A stretch of DNA of 64,000 nucleotides from Somniosus microcephalus (GCA_052327205.1 CM126218.1:43834001-43898000), one strand, 5' to 3'. Positions 1-12,314 are shown, counted from the first letter of the stretch. The notes: a model not told the origin generated them from the sequence alone. Numbers and translations are program-made.

Positions 1-903
1 TTTGCAGATGTCCTTCAATGCTCTTTGTGTGACAGTACTTGAGAACCTGTCTGGCTATTTCTTTAATAATGTAATGAGCAGCTTTGAAAGACAACGTTGA
101 CCAGAAGTAATAGGAAACATCAGCAGAAGGCAATTTTGAAAAACAGATCAAGTATTGGTTCCCTGCACCAAAAAAATGAGCACACTGCAAACTAATCCAC
201 CCTTTGAGATACAAATGAAGAACATTGGATACAAATAATTTTCCTAGAGGAGTTCTCAAACAAAACTATAGATATTGGGAACACCTTGTGATTGAAATAA
301 TTTCACAGTAACTTCGGTTGTGTTGAGGTTTCTGTGATGCACAACTTTGTCACATACTCACTCAGGACGTTCAAAAACTGACTCTGCTGCAGTGTTTATA
401 ACCTGTCAATCACATACTGAAGTTCCATTATACTTGTATCACAACTCAAGTATAATAACCATTGAACTGCAGTCTTTTCCTGAAATGTTAGTTTGACTAT
501 TTTTACATTTATTTCTGCAACATTCTGTGTTCTTTTGGCAGGATTCATCTTCAGAAGTTCATACATTTACTGTCTCAGCCCCCTATGATTACAAATGTTA
601 ATTGCTGGGCAGTAACTCATTTCCTCTGGTGTTTAACCGGGCATGGGGAATGAGTGAATACAGCACATGTATTAAGTTCACATTACCTTTATGAAAACCT
701 TTACACCGTTTCTGGCTCGCTTGAATGGCACTGCACCTCTGAGCTGACTCCTTCCTTACAGTATTTATTAGCACATTTATGGATTATAATTTTTCTTCAA
801 ATCAAGCAAATACACAAGTTGAAAATGATAATTGGCTGTTATTTTCCACAGTCAAACCTGTGCACATACAAAATAAGAAGCAAACGCATGCACATAGGTG
901 CAG

Positions 904-1250
904 CAACAACAACTTGTATTTTTTTAGCACCTATAATGTAGGAAACACCCCAAGGTGCTTCACAGAGGCGTAATCCGACAAAAATGGGCGCTGAGCCGAG
1001 GAAGGAGATATTAAGAGCGGTGTCAAAAAAAGGTGGTCAAAGAGGTGGGTTTTAATGAGGGCCTTAAGGGAAAAGAGGGAGGTGGAGAGACAAAAGAGTT
1101 TAGGGATGAAATCCAAAAGATGAGGCCGGGGTGGCTGAAGGCACGACTGCCAATGGTGGGGCAAAGTGTGGGGTGGGGGAAGGGGGAGGGGGAGCCAGAA
1201 AAGGCCTGAGTAAGATGTAGGGCTTGGAAATTTATATTTAGGATTTTCCA
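904..1250 (-). mobile_element. L2-type LINE 3' fragment
   Basis: Reverse complement ends in an L2-like tail (tgtgaagcaccttgggg...gtgctaaaaaaatacaagttgttgttg); homologous to the copies at 41292 and 45712. Confidence 0.7.
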
Positions 1251-1520
1251 TGGTAGAAGTAAAGATCCATCAGAAAACACAGTATGTGAATTATAATTAC
1301 AAAGAATATAAAGTTAATAATCACTGTAAAAGAGCAGCTTCATTGATAAATGCATAAGCACAACTGTTTGATAATTGGTACATTTCTCAATTAATTTAAA
1401 AATACAGAGTGACTGCTGCCAACGACCAGGAGCTGTGCAGAAGCGTTCTGCGCATAAATCTGGTTTAAGTATTAATGTAAAATGTTGTAGCTTTGTTATC
1501 GCTGCTGTTTCTGTTTTGTT

Positions 1521-4500
1521 ATCCCCGTGCCCGTATGTCCCGAAGGCTCGCACTGTTCCCGGTCAATGTTCCCAGTGTCCGTGTGTCCCGAAGGCTCGCC
1601 CTGTTCCCAGTCAGTGTTCCCAGTGCCCGTGTGTCCCAAAGGCTCGCTCTGTTCCCGGTCAGTGTTCCCAGTGCCCGTGTGTCCCGAAGGCTCGCTCTGT
1701 TCCCGGTCAGTGTCCACAGTGTCCATGTGTCCCGAAGGCTTGCTCTGTTCCCGGTCAGTGTCCATGTGTCCAGAAGGCTCGCTCTGTTCCCGGTCAGTGT
1801 GCCCAGTGTCCGTGTGTCCCGAAGGCTCGCTCTGTTCCCGGTCAATGTCACCAATGCCCGTGTGTCCCGAAGGCTCGCTCTGTTCCCGGTCAGTGTTCCC
1901 AGTGCCCATGTGTCCCGAAGGCTCGCTCTGTTCTCGGTCAGTGTTCCCAGTGGCCGTGAGTCCCGAAGGCTCGCTCTGTTCCCGGTCAATGTCCCCAGTG
2001 CCCGTGTGTCCCAAAGGCTCGCTCTGTTCCCGGTCAGTGTCCCCAATGTCCGTGTGTCTCGAAGGCTCGCGCTGTTCCCGGGCAATGTTCCCAGTGCCCG
2101 TGTGTCCCGAAGACTCGCTCCCTTCCCGGTCAGTGTTCCCACTGCCCATGTGTCCCGAAGGCTCGCTCTGTTCCCAGTCAGTGTTCACAGTGTCCGTGTG
2201 TCCCGAAGACTCGCTCCCTTCCCGGTCAGTGTTCCCAGTGTCTGTGTGTCCCGAAGGCTCGCTCTGTTCCCAGTCAGTGTTCCCAGTGCCCGTGTGTCCC
2301 GAAGGCTCGCTCTGTTCCCGGTCAGTGTCCCCAGTGCCCGTGTGTCCCGAAGGCTCGCTCTGTTCCCAGTCAGTGTTCCCAGTGCCCGTGTGTCCCGAAG
2401 GCTCGCTCTGTTCCCGGTCAGTGTCCCCAGTGCCCGTGTGTCTCGAAGGCTCGCTCTGTTCCCGGTCAGTGTTCCCAGTGTCCGTGTGTCCCGAAGACTC
2501 GCTGCCTTCCCGGTCAGTGTTCCCAGTGTCCGTGTGTCCCGAAGGCTCGCTCTGTTCCCAGTCAGTGTTCCCAGTGCCCGTGTGTCCCGAAGGCTCGCTC
2601 TGTTCCCAGTCAGTGTTCCCAGTGCCCGTGTGTGCCAAAGGCTCGCCCTATTCCTGGTCAGTGTTCCCAGTGTCCATGTGTCCCGTAGGCTCGCCCTGTT
2701 CCCGGTCAGTGTCCCCAGTGTCCATGTGTCCCGAAGGCTCGCTCTGTTCCCGGTCAGTGTCCCCAGTGCCCGTGTGTCCCGAAGGCGCGCTCTGTTCCCG
2801 GTCAGTGTTCCCAGTGCCCGTGTGTCCCGAAGGCTCGCTCTGTTCCCGGTCAGTGTTCCCAGTGTCCATGTGTCCCGAAGGCTCGCCCTGTTCCCGGTCA
2901 GTGTCCCCAGTGTCCGTGTGTCCCGAAGGCTCGCCCTGTTCCCGGTCAGTGTTCCCAGTGTCCATGTGTCCCGAAGACTCGCCTGTTCCCAGTCAGTGTT
3001 CCCAGTGTCCGTGTGTCCCGAAGGCTCGCTCTGTTCCCAGTCAGTGTTCCCAGTGTCCGTGTGTCCCGAAGGCTCGCTCTGTTCCCGGTCAGTGTTCCCA
3101 GTGCCCGTGTGTCCCGAAGGCTCGCCCTGTTCCCGGTCAGTGTTCCCAGTGTCCATGTGTCCCGAAGGATCGCCCTGTTCCCGGTCAGTGTCCCCAGTGT
3201 CCGTGTGTCCCGAAGGCTCGCCCTGTTCCCGATCAGTGATCCCAGTGTCCATGTGTCCCGAAGGCTCGCCCTGTTCCCAGTCAGTGTTCCCAGTGCCCTT
3301 GTGTCCCGAAGGCTCGCTCTGTTCCAGCTCAGTGTCCCCAGTGTCCGTGTGTCCAGAAGGCACACTCTGTTCCCGGTCAGTGTTCCCAGTGTCCATGTGT
3401 CCCGAAGGCTAGCCCTGTTCCCGGTCAGTGTCCCCAGTGTCCGTGTGTCCCGAAGGCATGCTCTGTTCCCGGTCAGTGTTCCCAGTGTCCGTGTGTCCCG
3501 AAGGCTCGCTCTGTTCCCGGTCAGTGTCCCCAGTGCCCGTGTGTCCCGAAGGCTCGCTCTGTTCCCGGTCAGTGTTCCCAGTGTCCATGTGTCCTGAAGG
3601 CTCGCTCTGTTCCCGGTCAGTGTCCCCAGTGCCCGTGTGTCCCGAAGGCTCGCTCTGTTCCCGGTGAGTGTCCGTGTGTCCCGAAGGCTCGCCCTGTTCC
3701 CAGTCAGTGTCCCCAGTGTCCGTGTGTCCCGAAGGCTCGCTCTGTTCCTTGACAATGTCCCCAGTGCCCATGTGTCCCGAAGGCTCGCTCTGTTCCCGGT
3801 CAGTGTTCCCAGTGCCCGTGTGTCCCGAAGGCTCGCTCTGTTCCCGGTCAGTGTCCATAGTGTCCATGTGTCCCGAAGGCTCGCTCTGTTCCCGGTCAGT
3901 GTTCCCAGTGTCCATGTGTCCTGAAGGCTCGCTCTGTTCCCGGTCAGTGGCACCAGTGCCCGTGTGTCCCGAAGGCTCGCTCTGTTCCTGGTCAGTGTCC
4001 CCAGTGCCCGTGTGTCCCGAAGGCTCGCTCTGTTCCCGGTCAGTGTTCCCAGTGTCCGTGTGTCCTGAAGGCTCGCTCTGTTCCCGGTCAGTGTCCCCAG
4101 TGCCTGTGTGTCCCGAAGGCTCGCTCTGTTCCCGGTCAGTGTCCCCAGTGTCCGTGTGTCCCGAAGGCTCGCTCTGTTCCTGGACAATGTCCCCAGTGCC
4201 CGTGTGTCCCAAAGGCTCGCTCTGTTCCCGGTCAGTGTTCCCAGTGCCTGTGTCTCCTGAAGGCTCGCTCTGTTCCTGGTCAATTTCCCCAGTGCCCGTG
4301 TGTCCCGAAGGCTCGCTCTGTTCCCGGTCAGTGTTCCCAGTGCCTGTGTCTCCTGAAGGCTCGCTCTGTTCCCGATCAATGTCGATGCCGTTTCCCCAGT
4401 GCCTGTGTGTCCCGAAGGCTCGCTCTGTTCCCGGTCAATGTTCCCAGTGCCCATGTGTCCCGAAGGCTCGCTCTGTTCCTGGTCCATGTTCCCAGTGCCT

Positions 4501-4614
4501 GTGTCTCCTGAAGGCTCGCTCTGTTCCCGATCAATGTCGATGCTGTTTCCCCAGTGCCCGTGTGTCCTGAAGGCTCACTCTGTTCCTGGTCAATTTCCCC
4601 AGTGCCCATGTGTA
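1521..4614. repeat. 48-bp minisatellite, about 64 units (tgcccgtgtgtcccgaaggctcgctctgttcccggtcagtgttcccag)
   Basis: Direct tandem periodicity; ORFs in all frames show 16-aa repeats; variant higher-order block at about 4200-4610. Confidence 0.97.
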
Positions 4615-4889
4615 CTGAAGCGAACAACCAAAAAAACCATAGACTGCGCATGCAGAACTGCTTTAACTTCATTGGCAGCAGTCGCTACTTAAAAATAATT
4701 TCTATTTTAATTATAGATTTGAATTTTATGACCGGTCAATACACACAAAAACACAAAAAATTGTTTTCTCAATGATAGTATTCTTTACCTTGACAAGCTG
4801 ATTATGTTTGGATCACCTGAACTTCAGATTTTACAGTCCTGAAAAATCTTTACAAGTGCACAAGGTTACTGAGGAAAGCATCCTTGGGA

Positions 4890-4990
4890 TGCCAGGGAAA
4901 CAGATGCCTTTGGCAGATGTCCACCTAAGCTGCCAGGGAAACAGATGTCACAGACAGATGTACAGCTAGATTGCCTCAGAAACAGATGCC
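4890..4990. repeat. Degenerate 41-bp triplication with five CAGATG E-boxes
   Basis: tgccagggaaacagatg-like units at 4890, 4931, 4972; CAGATG at 4901, 4914, 4942, 4955, 4983. Confidence 0.6.
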
Positions 4991-6811
4991 TCAGCACATA
5001 GTCACTGCAGCGCCATGGAAATAAAGATCCTATGGACAAACACCTCTCCAGGCCCTTGGAGGGATGGAAATGTTGGAATGGGTGGCAACCAGAATTCCAT
5101 GGAAATCAAATGAATTTGACAAAAACATAGTTTCATAAAGGACAGCAGTCATTTAAAAAAATTGTACGGCTCCATTATAGCCAGGTTGAAAGATGCTAAT
5201 ACATGAACATTTGGCATGAAGCTGATGAAATGGTACCATGCAAAATGTCATAGCATATATATTGTGGAAGGAATCAAACCTTACCCATACAAACCATGCC
5301 AGAATAAATTCAATTTGGTTCCATTTCAATTGATTCACATGTGGTGCTCATCTTTAGTAAAAAGCTTACCAAGTACTGCAATCAAACTGCATGTTCGGTA
5401 AATAACCTGAGAATACCGTTGTCCTTTACACTGAACAACCACAATAGTTTATCTTGCAGGCTCCTTGTAAGAGGAGCCAGAATTAAAATAAGAGGAATAG
5501 CTCTAGTGATACCAATTTATAATTATCCTTATTAAATGGTATTTTAGACACCATTAATTCAAAAGTGGTTCTTGTTCCAGAACACAGAGGTTGCATTTGG
5601 AAATTTTAGTTTAGTATCAACATTTCTTTTAATTTTATTTTAGAACATTCTCGTATGAACAGCTGCTTTGGCAGAGTATTATGTTTGCTTCGGGTGAACT
5701 GGGCTGATATGAAGGATTGGGCTGGAAATCATGATCCATTATTGAACAAGATTTGCTGAACGCAACGATCATCTTTCACCCAAACCAACGAGTTGAGATG
5801 TTCAGCACTTCGAGTCCAACAGGCTGTAAGGACATGTGCACAAAATGCAGTTCTTACTATATAACAGCAATAAAGAGCCCCGAAGAACAGCATAGTAATC
5901 TTACAAATTGTGCTGTTCTTCGTGGCAATTCATTTCTGAACAGAACACAATGGAAGGCATTCTGAAAAATAAGATCATCTATTAACAAGCGTGATAGAGA
6001 AAGATGAGAAGTGGCAAGAAGTTTCAAGGTAGCAGCTAATCATTGGGCTGTAATAATAATGAGTTCTTATTAATCCAGATCGCTTGAACCAGATAATCGT
6101 CTGCTTCGCAGTTGAGTGTAAAATATGGTTCTGCAAATGATAAGTCACACTTTAACTGAACTTTAACCTTAAATCATCAAAGCATCAAGCCATCTGTTAT
6201 GCAATCTCTCGCCTGTATTAATTGAAGAATTCCAATGTGCAGCCATGCCACATTCTGCAGTCTATTTCAATCTCTTACAACAGTCTGAATCCTGTGTCCT
6301 GTGGTAGGTGATTAAGGCTTGACATTAAAATCTGTTGGCAGTCGATGTGCTGCCAACAGCTTACACATGATGTAACGATTAAAGGTACACGCAAAACAGG
6401 CAGGAGCAGCATGGATGTCAGGACCTCCCTGATGTATGTGACACGCAGCCTTGGTTTGCTCTGTATATCATTGAAGATTATGTTATCACCAATCCACAGT
6501 TCTGAAGTTATGAACTTGTAAGCAAACCAGACTGGAAGTGAGAAAAATGTTTTAATGTAACACATTAATTTTTTTGTAATGTTAAAAATAAAGTAGCCAG
6601 GTAACCAATGGCAACAATCAGGGAGCCTTGTGTTAAAATAATAAAATAGGTATTAACACAGCAGTAATTTCAACAATAACATTTAAAGGACTCTGCTCTA
6701 ACACCTTCAATTGATCATTGACTGCCATTAATTTTGTATTAAAGCAGAAAATTCTTAACTATTAACTGAAAAGGTAGATTTCATTTTTAACTCGAGGTAT
6801 CCACCTAATAT

Positions 6812-8284
6812 TGAAGGGATAATTACTAGTCCTAGCCCTTTTCGGGCTACCCCGGATCAGGCATATTCCCCAAACGTTCGCCTTCAACTGAAGTTAGAGA
6901 TAGCCGAATCCTATACGATGCTTAATTGGGTCTAAAGGTCCAGAATATCTCTCCCTAAAGGAAAGGAATGACTTGAAGATGTTACTGTCCTCCAGATAGC
7001 ACTTTTAATAAGTTTAACTAGACTGTAACCTTCCGGATATTATGAGGGTCCGGAATAGCCCCCAGAATCTGCAACTCCTCACCAAAGATTGTACAGAGAT
7101 TGAGTTTGTGAGTTTGATACAGAAGTACTCTGTGAGACAATTCTAAAAATATATAGATTTATTAAAGAACCGACATGTAGTTAACAGCTGGTGAATTCAG
7201 TCGCAACATTAACAGTTCAAAATACAACTAGCTTACAATTCTTATTCTCAGAGATCCTTATTCTCAAATCTTAACTTCGTTACATTTTTTACATTTCTAC
7301 TTCTTTCTAATCCAGGATATCCACCAAAATCAAATAAACGTACCTTTTTGATCCCCGAGACTCAAAGAGTTAAAAACTTACAGAGCCTGCCTCTGAAGTT
7401 GAGAATCATTTTGTCCCTCTCAGCGACTTCTGACTTTCTATTTGAAAGTTCTATTTTTTATACCCTTTTGTAATGGTATATCCTTTGAAGTTTTCTGCTG
7501 ATGTAAGCTAATTATCTCTAGTCATTTCTCTGTTGACTTCTTTCTATTCTTACTGTCAATTCAGCTGTTAGCTTGCAGAATTCTGTCTGTTGTGTAGGTA
7601 TTCAAAAGTTATCATAATAAGCAGTTATAACATATGTATCTATTTGATGCCATTTTAACAAAGGACTTCTATTCAATTCTTTAATCACCTTAGCTGGTTG
7701 GAAGCAGACTTTGCATCTCCTATGTGTTCCAAGTTCAATACAAAAACCATGTGATTACTTGGTGCATCTATTGATATCATATCTACAAAGTCTTCTGTTT
7801 GTATATTTTACAACATGTAAATTGAAAACACTTCAACCGAGTGCACTATTGTCCCCCTAGCTACCTCAATGGTTATATTACAGACGTTGTGTCTCCTTAT
7901 TTCATTTGATGTGATATTTATGAAGGCATATGGTTCTTTAATGTTCTGAGTTTCTGTGTCCCAAAGTGTTGTTTTATGACACCTTAACATTATACCATTA
8001 TGCTCTTTCATGTGCCTGTTTATAAAGTGTTTGTTTAAAACAATTTAACTGTGTTCTTCCCAAAGCACAGACTCTCTGGAAGCTCCAACCTACTGGTTCA
8101 ATAGGGCCATTGTTTCATTGTCAACAACCCATTCCCATTTCAAAAGCTTGTATGGTGTTTACAGCTTTGTGTTAGCAACTCATCTTATCTCAGAAGCCTG
8201 TATTCTGTTTACAGCCTGTGTCATTGAGGCTTTTAGATTTTTAAACCCAGTTTTCATGTTTTAATAAAGTCAAAATTCCGTTCA
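6812..8284 (-). mobile_element. Candidate long solo LTR (ERV-like)
   Basis: On the minus strand: TG start (TGAACGGAAT), TATAAAAA near 7460, donor AAG|GTACGT near 7340, AATAAA near 7160, CA end; ends are weakly inverted (TGAA.GGA); no TSD found. Confidence 0.4.
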
Positions 8285-8744
8285 TAGGATGGTGTATCTT
8301 TCTGAATAGGTATGGCTCATTCCTTTACAATATTACTCAGTATTATGTGTCATATTATCAAAATGAGTTGGAAATGAAGCATTTACTGAACAATGAATAA
8401 AAAAGATGTGGTTTATGCTTTTTAAAAAACAATATTTCTTTCACTATCTTAACTTTCAGTATGTTATAGAATAACCTTATTTAACTTGATATTGCAAAAC
8501 CGTTTACCATATTTATATTCAGAGACACAGTAATGCAATTGGCAATAATTTGAAATCATTATCAATTACATCTCACACTACAAATGAATACTCTTAGATT
8601 TAATACAACTAAGGTAAACATTAAAGTACAATGTACGCTTTCTAAAGTCCAGCATGGCAGTTTCAGGAGTTATGACTGCCCGTATGAACCCTAATACAGT
8701 GACATTACCACTTAATGAGATTGAGAATACTTAGCATAACACAA

Positions 8745-9000
8745 GAAATCAGGGACATGCTGTTTGAACTCTGCTTTTTCACCTCTCCTCTGGGGCCGAG
8801 GTTCAAACATAGTCAGGCAGAAAGTATAAGAGACTCCCCTCTTTAGCAGTTAAGGGTCGACAGCACAATGGCTTTGGGAAATCTCTCATAATTCAGTTCC
8901 CAGTTACATATACATCCATAATAAATGCCCTGGAAATAAGCACAGAACTGGCAGGTGTTTGGAATTTAAGAAAACCTACATGTTAATGGCACCAATTTGT
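8745..9000 (+). mobile_element. Old tRNA-derived SINE remnant (LF-SINE-like)
   Basis: B-box-like ggttcaaac near 8800 followed by degenerate SINE-like body; recognised by pattern only. Confidence 0.3.
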
Positions 9001-9344
9001 TTCTTCCACTCTCACTGTAAAGTATAAATGAACACCTCATGATACTGATAGATTTAAGCCAACTATGAATAAAATTAGTAGAACCAAGTCATGTTAACAA
9101 CCGCAATTGAAATCCAGCTGGTTTCTAGCCCCTTGTACAGGTACTGGATTAGAATTTAACACTGTACTGCTTGGCCTAGAAATTCAGTTGCGTGCGCCAG
9201 CCGTTAGCGCCTTAAGAGGAGTAGACTTCGAGCGCTAGGCACTTAGCGGCCGGGCGCAGCGCGATCTGCGCCTGCGCCCAACTTCAGTAGACATTTAGCG
9301 CCGGCGCAAAGTGTTTGCGCGCGCTCAGCTGCGCGCGCAGCTTA

Positions 9345-9511
9345 TGACGTCATTTCGTCGTGCAACGCCCTTTGTGCACCCCAAACCGGAACTTCAGTCA
9401 CGCCCGCCCAATGTGGGCGTGGCGGTGCTAAGAACTGTGAAGTGGAACGCAGCAGAGGCCCTGCGGGCCTCGGGGAGCGCTAATTAAAGGGCACTTACAC
9501 TGAACTATAAA
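9345..9511 (+). promoter_or_regulatory. Putative transposase promoter
   Basis: CRE TGACGTCA at 9345-9352, CCAAT near 9408, TATAAA near 9506, upstream of ATG 9673. Confidence 0.5.
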
Positions 9512-9672
9512 GGCCAGCCATTTTGCTGCAATGACTTTTGTGCAACGGATTTCTGGACAGAGACCAAGGAAGAGACCTTACTGATTTGGCCCAACATAGG
9601 AGAGGTATTTTTGGCTTCTGGCCAGAGCTTGGCAATTTGCCTCATTGTGATTTCATTGTTTGCCAGTGTATT

Positions 9673-10818
9673 ATGGGGGCTGCATTGGGTGCCAACCCTC
9701 AGTTCCAGCATTATGTGCGAAGGGCTCGCAGACGCTGTGTGAGAGGGGCAGCCATGCCTAGACGCAGAGGGGGCATCAGGCGTCGGCAACGTAGGCCTTA
9801 CCCACTCAGGGAATACCGCCAGCAGGTGTCCTATCTCACCATGACTGCCGCGCAGTGTGTTAAGAGGCTGCGCTTCAGAAGGGAGGTGGTTGCAGAGATC
9901 TGCCAGCTGCTTCACAGAGATCTGCGTCCACAGCTGATGTGCAGGACGTCTCTGTCGGTGGAAGTGAAGGTCACGGTGGCTCTGAACTTTTATGCAAGTG
10001 GCTCCTTCCAAGCCGCTGCTGGGGACATAGCTAACATATCCCAGTTCGCCGTGCATCGCTGCATCCGGCAGGTCACCGATGCCCTTTTCACAAGGAGACA
10101 CCAATTCATCTCCTTCCCCATGACCCTGGAGAGGCAGGAGCAGCGTGCAGTCGGATTTGCGAGGATCGCGGACTTCCCCATGGTGCAGGGTGCCATTGAC
10201 TGCACGCATGTGGCTTTGCGGGCACCTATCGACAATGCCGAGGATTACCGCAACCGGAAGGGCTACCATTCCCTCAATGTACAGCTGGTGTGTGACAACA
10301 GGCAGCGCATCCTAGCTGTCAATGCCCGCTTTCCAGGCAGCAGCCACGATGCATTTATCCTGCGCCAGACTACTGTGGCTGACATGTTCCAGGCACAGCC
10401 TCCCCCAAGAGGATGGCTTATCGGGGACAAAGGCTATCCTTTGTGTACATGGCTCATGACCCCGCTCCGCGCGCCCAGGACCCCTGCTGAGGAGGCATAC
10501 AACGAAAGCCATCAAGCCACAAGGAACATCATAGAGCAAACGATTGGCGTCCTCAAGCAACGGTTCCGCTGCCTGGACTGCTCCGGCGGATCTCTGCAGT
10601 ATTCGCCGGATAGAGTCTCCCAGTTCGTCGTCGTTTGCTGCATGCTGCACAACCTGGCTATCCGCAGGACTCAGGCACTGCCACCTCACGTTGGACCACC
10701 ACCTCAGGAGGAGGAGCAGGAGGACCATGAGGAGGAGGAGGAGGAGGAGTACCAGCCCAGGAGGGAGCCACAAGGTCCAAGGGCCGTCCGTCGGCGGCTT
10801 ATTGAACGACACTTCTAG
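9673..10818 (+). CDS. Harbinger DDE transposase (HARBI1-like), intact, 381 aa from the first ATG
   Basis: Motifs GAIDCTHV, NRKGYHSLNVQLVCD, FPGSSHDAFIL, LIGDKGYP, RNIIEQTIGVLKQRFRCL, CCMLHN; the track start at 9538 is a TTG. Confidence 0.93.
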   Translation: MGAALGANPQFQHYVRRARRRCVRGAAMPRRRGGIRRRQRRPYPLREYRQQVSYLTMTAAQCVKRLRFRREVVAEICQLLHRDLRPQLMCRTSLSVEVKVTVALNFYASGSFQAAAGDIANISQFAVHRCIRQVTDALFTRRHQFISFPMTLERQEQRAVGFARIADFPMVQGAIDCTHVALRAPIDNAEDYRNRKGYHSLNVQLVCDNRQRILAVNARFPGSSHDAFILRQTTVADMFQAQPPPRGWLIGDKGYPLCTWLMTPLRAPRTPAEEAYNESHQATRNIIEQTIGVLKQRFRCLDCSGGSLQYSPDRVSQFVVVCCMLHNLAIRRTQALPPHVGPPPQEEEQEDHEEEEEEEYQPRREPQGPRAVRRRLIERHF

Positions 10819-10931
10819 GCCTCCTGTCAGGGAATGGCTTGTGGCAATGAAGGGACATGAATGCAGCCGCTCCGCAAGCCCTCAGCCGGTTAACGCAACA
10901 ACCACTTCAAACATCAAACATGGACAAGCTG

Positions 10932-10951
10932 AATAAAGAAAAAGCTTTATT
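10932..10951. terminator. Back-to-back poly(A) signals for the two convergent Harbinger genes
   Basis: AATAAA (+) at 10932-10937 and TTTATT (AATAAA on -) at 10946-10951. Confidence 0.65.
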
Positions 10952-11376
10952 GAACAAACTCAGGGCCCTTCCCACATGAAACCCAAAAACAGACAACACC
11001 CCCAAAAAACAGTCAAACACATGACTCACTCCCACAACCTGGGGAGGGATAACAAAACTTTTCCATCCAAATGGCCTTCATCCTCGGCCTTACCAAAACA
11101 ACCACCCCCATAGACAACACAACCACCCCCATATAAAAAAACATTTGGCAACACCCTCTACTTTGTGTGCCAAGAGGGCGAGTCCTTGTCCAGCCTTTTC
11201 CGGCCCCGGCCGACCTGCTGCTCCGCCTCAACCTGGGCCCTGTGGGTGCTGCAAGGCTGGGGGAAGGCTCCTGAGGGGCACATGGCGTGACGGCAGATGC
11301 CCTTGGGGGTCGGCCTAGATGAGCTCTGGCCCTCGAGGAGCCGGCTGCTGACTGCTGCAGCTGTGGCTGGGCAGCA

Positions 11377-12314
11377 TCAGTCTCTCCAGCAGCTCGTGGC
11401 AGCTTCACTGGGGGAGTGGCAGTGGCGGCTGCAGCAATGGGGGCAAGCTGGCTGATGCCAGGCGCTCGCTGCTCGCCTGAGACACTGGCACTCGGCCGGG
11501 CTGGCACTGCAGCATGCGCAGCAATCTGCTGAAGGCCAGACCACTGTGCCCTGGTGATGCCTGGCTGACACAGCGAATGTGGCAGCAGTGAGTGCCCGTA
11601 CTGCCCTGGTCTGTGCCCGCATCAGACCAGCCAGTGACTGCACGGCACCACTGATCAACTGGCCACTCGCTGCCTGTGCTGCCCTGAAGTCGTCCCGACT
11701 CGCGTCCTGTGCTGCCCTGAATTCGGCCCGACTCGCGTCCTGTGCTGCCCCGAATTGCTCGAAACCCCTGGCCTGTGCTGCCCCGAGTTGCTCGAAACCC
11801 CTGGCCTGTGAGGCCCCGAAATCGGACACACTATGAGCCAGGGACTCGATGGCCTCAGGCAACCATGCCACAACCCCCATGAACTCGGTGTGCCGGCGAT
11901 CCGAGTCCGCGGACATTTGATCGAGGAGGCGCACCTCCTGGGCGAGGACCGTCTCCGGACTGGAGGCTGGACTCTCCCTCTGGGGAGAAGGCCGCCGAGC
12001 TGCCCGACCCTTCCCACGTGGCTGGACGCCACTGGGCCCAGCAACTACACTCCCCTGCAACACTTCCCCCCTCTGGGGAGAAGGCCGCCGAGCTGGCCGA
12101 CCCTTCCTGCGTTGCTGGACACCACTGGGCACAGGAGCTACACCCCCCTCCGACACTTCCCCCTGGCTCTCCTCCAGGGAAGACGTGTCCCCTCCATTGC
12201 CATCCCCTGGCGCGGATGAGGGTTCCCCCGATGGGCCGCCTTCCTCTTGCTCCTCCTCGTCCTCCTCTTCCGAGGGACTGTCACTGGCAGCTTCAGGGAC
12301 CTCCTCCTCACCAG
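11377..12314 (-). CDS. Harbinger Myb/SANT protein, exon 3 (acidic tract, repeats, coiled coil; probable frameshift near 11520)
   Basis: Acceptor cctgctttcag is phase-compatible and runs into ORF 11377-12156; low-complexity tail appears to continue in ORF 11013-11507. Confidence 0.72.

Noticed and set aside
1-162. GREB1-like assignment from AAHYIIKE
   Set aside because: Only a short resemblance to AAHFLIKE recalled from memory; the surrounding residues do not match
1375-4692. Long ORFs over the 48-bp repeat as genes
   Set aside because: Open in all six frames because the unit has no stops; no unique domain or splice context
9505-10812. Antisense ORFs over the transposase (254 aa, 166 aa)
   Set aside because: Shadow ORFs of GC-rich coding sequence
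9673-10818. Domesticated host HARBI1 gene
   Set aside because: Lies within TIRs with a convergent Myb partner, so it is a transposon copy
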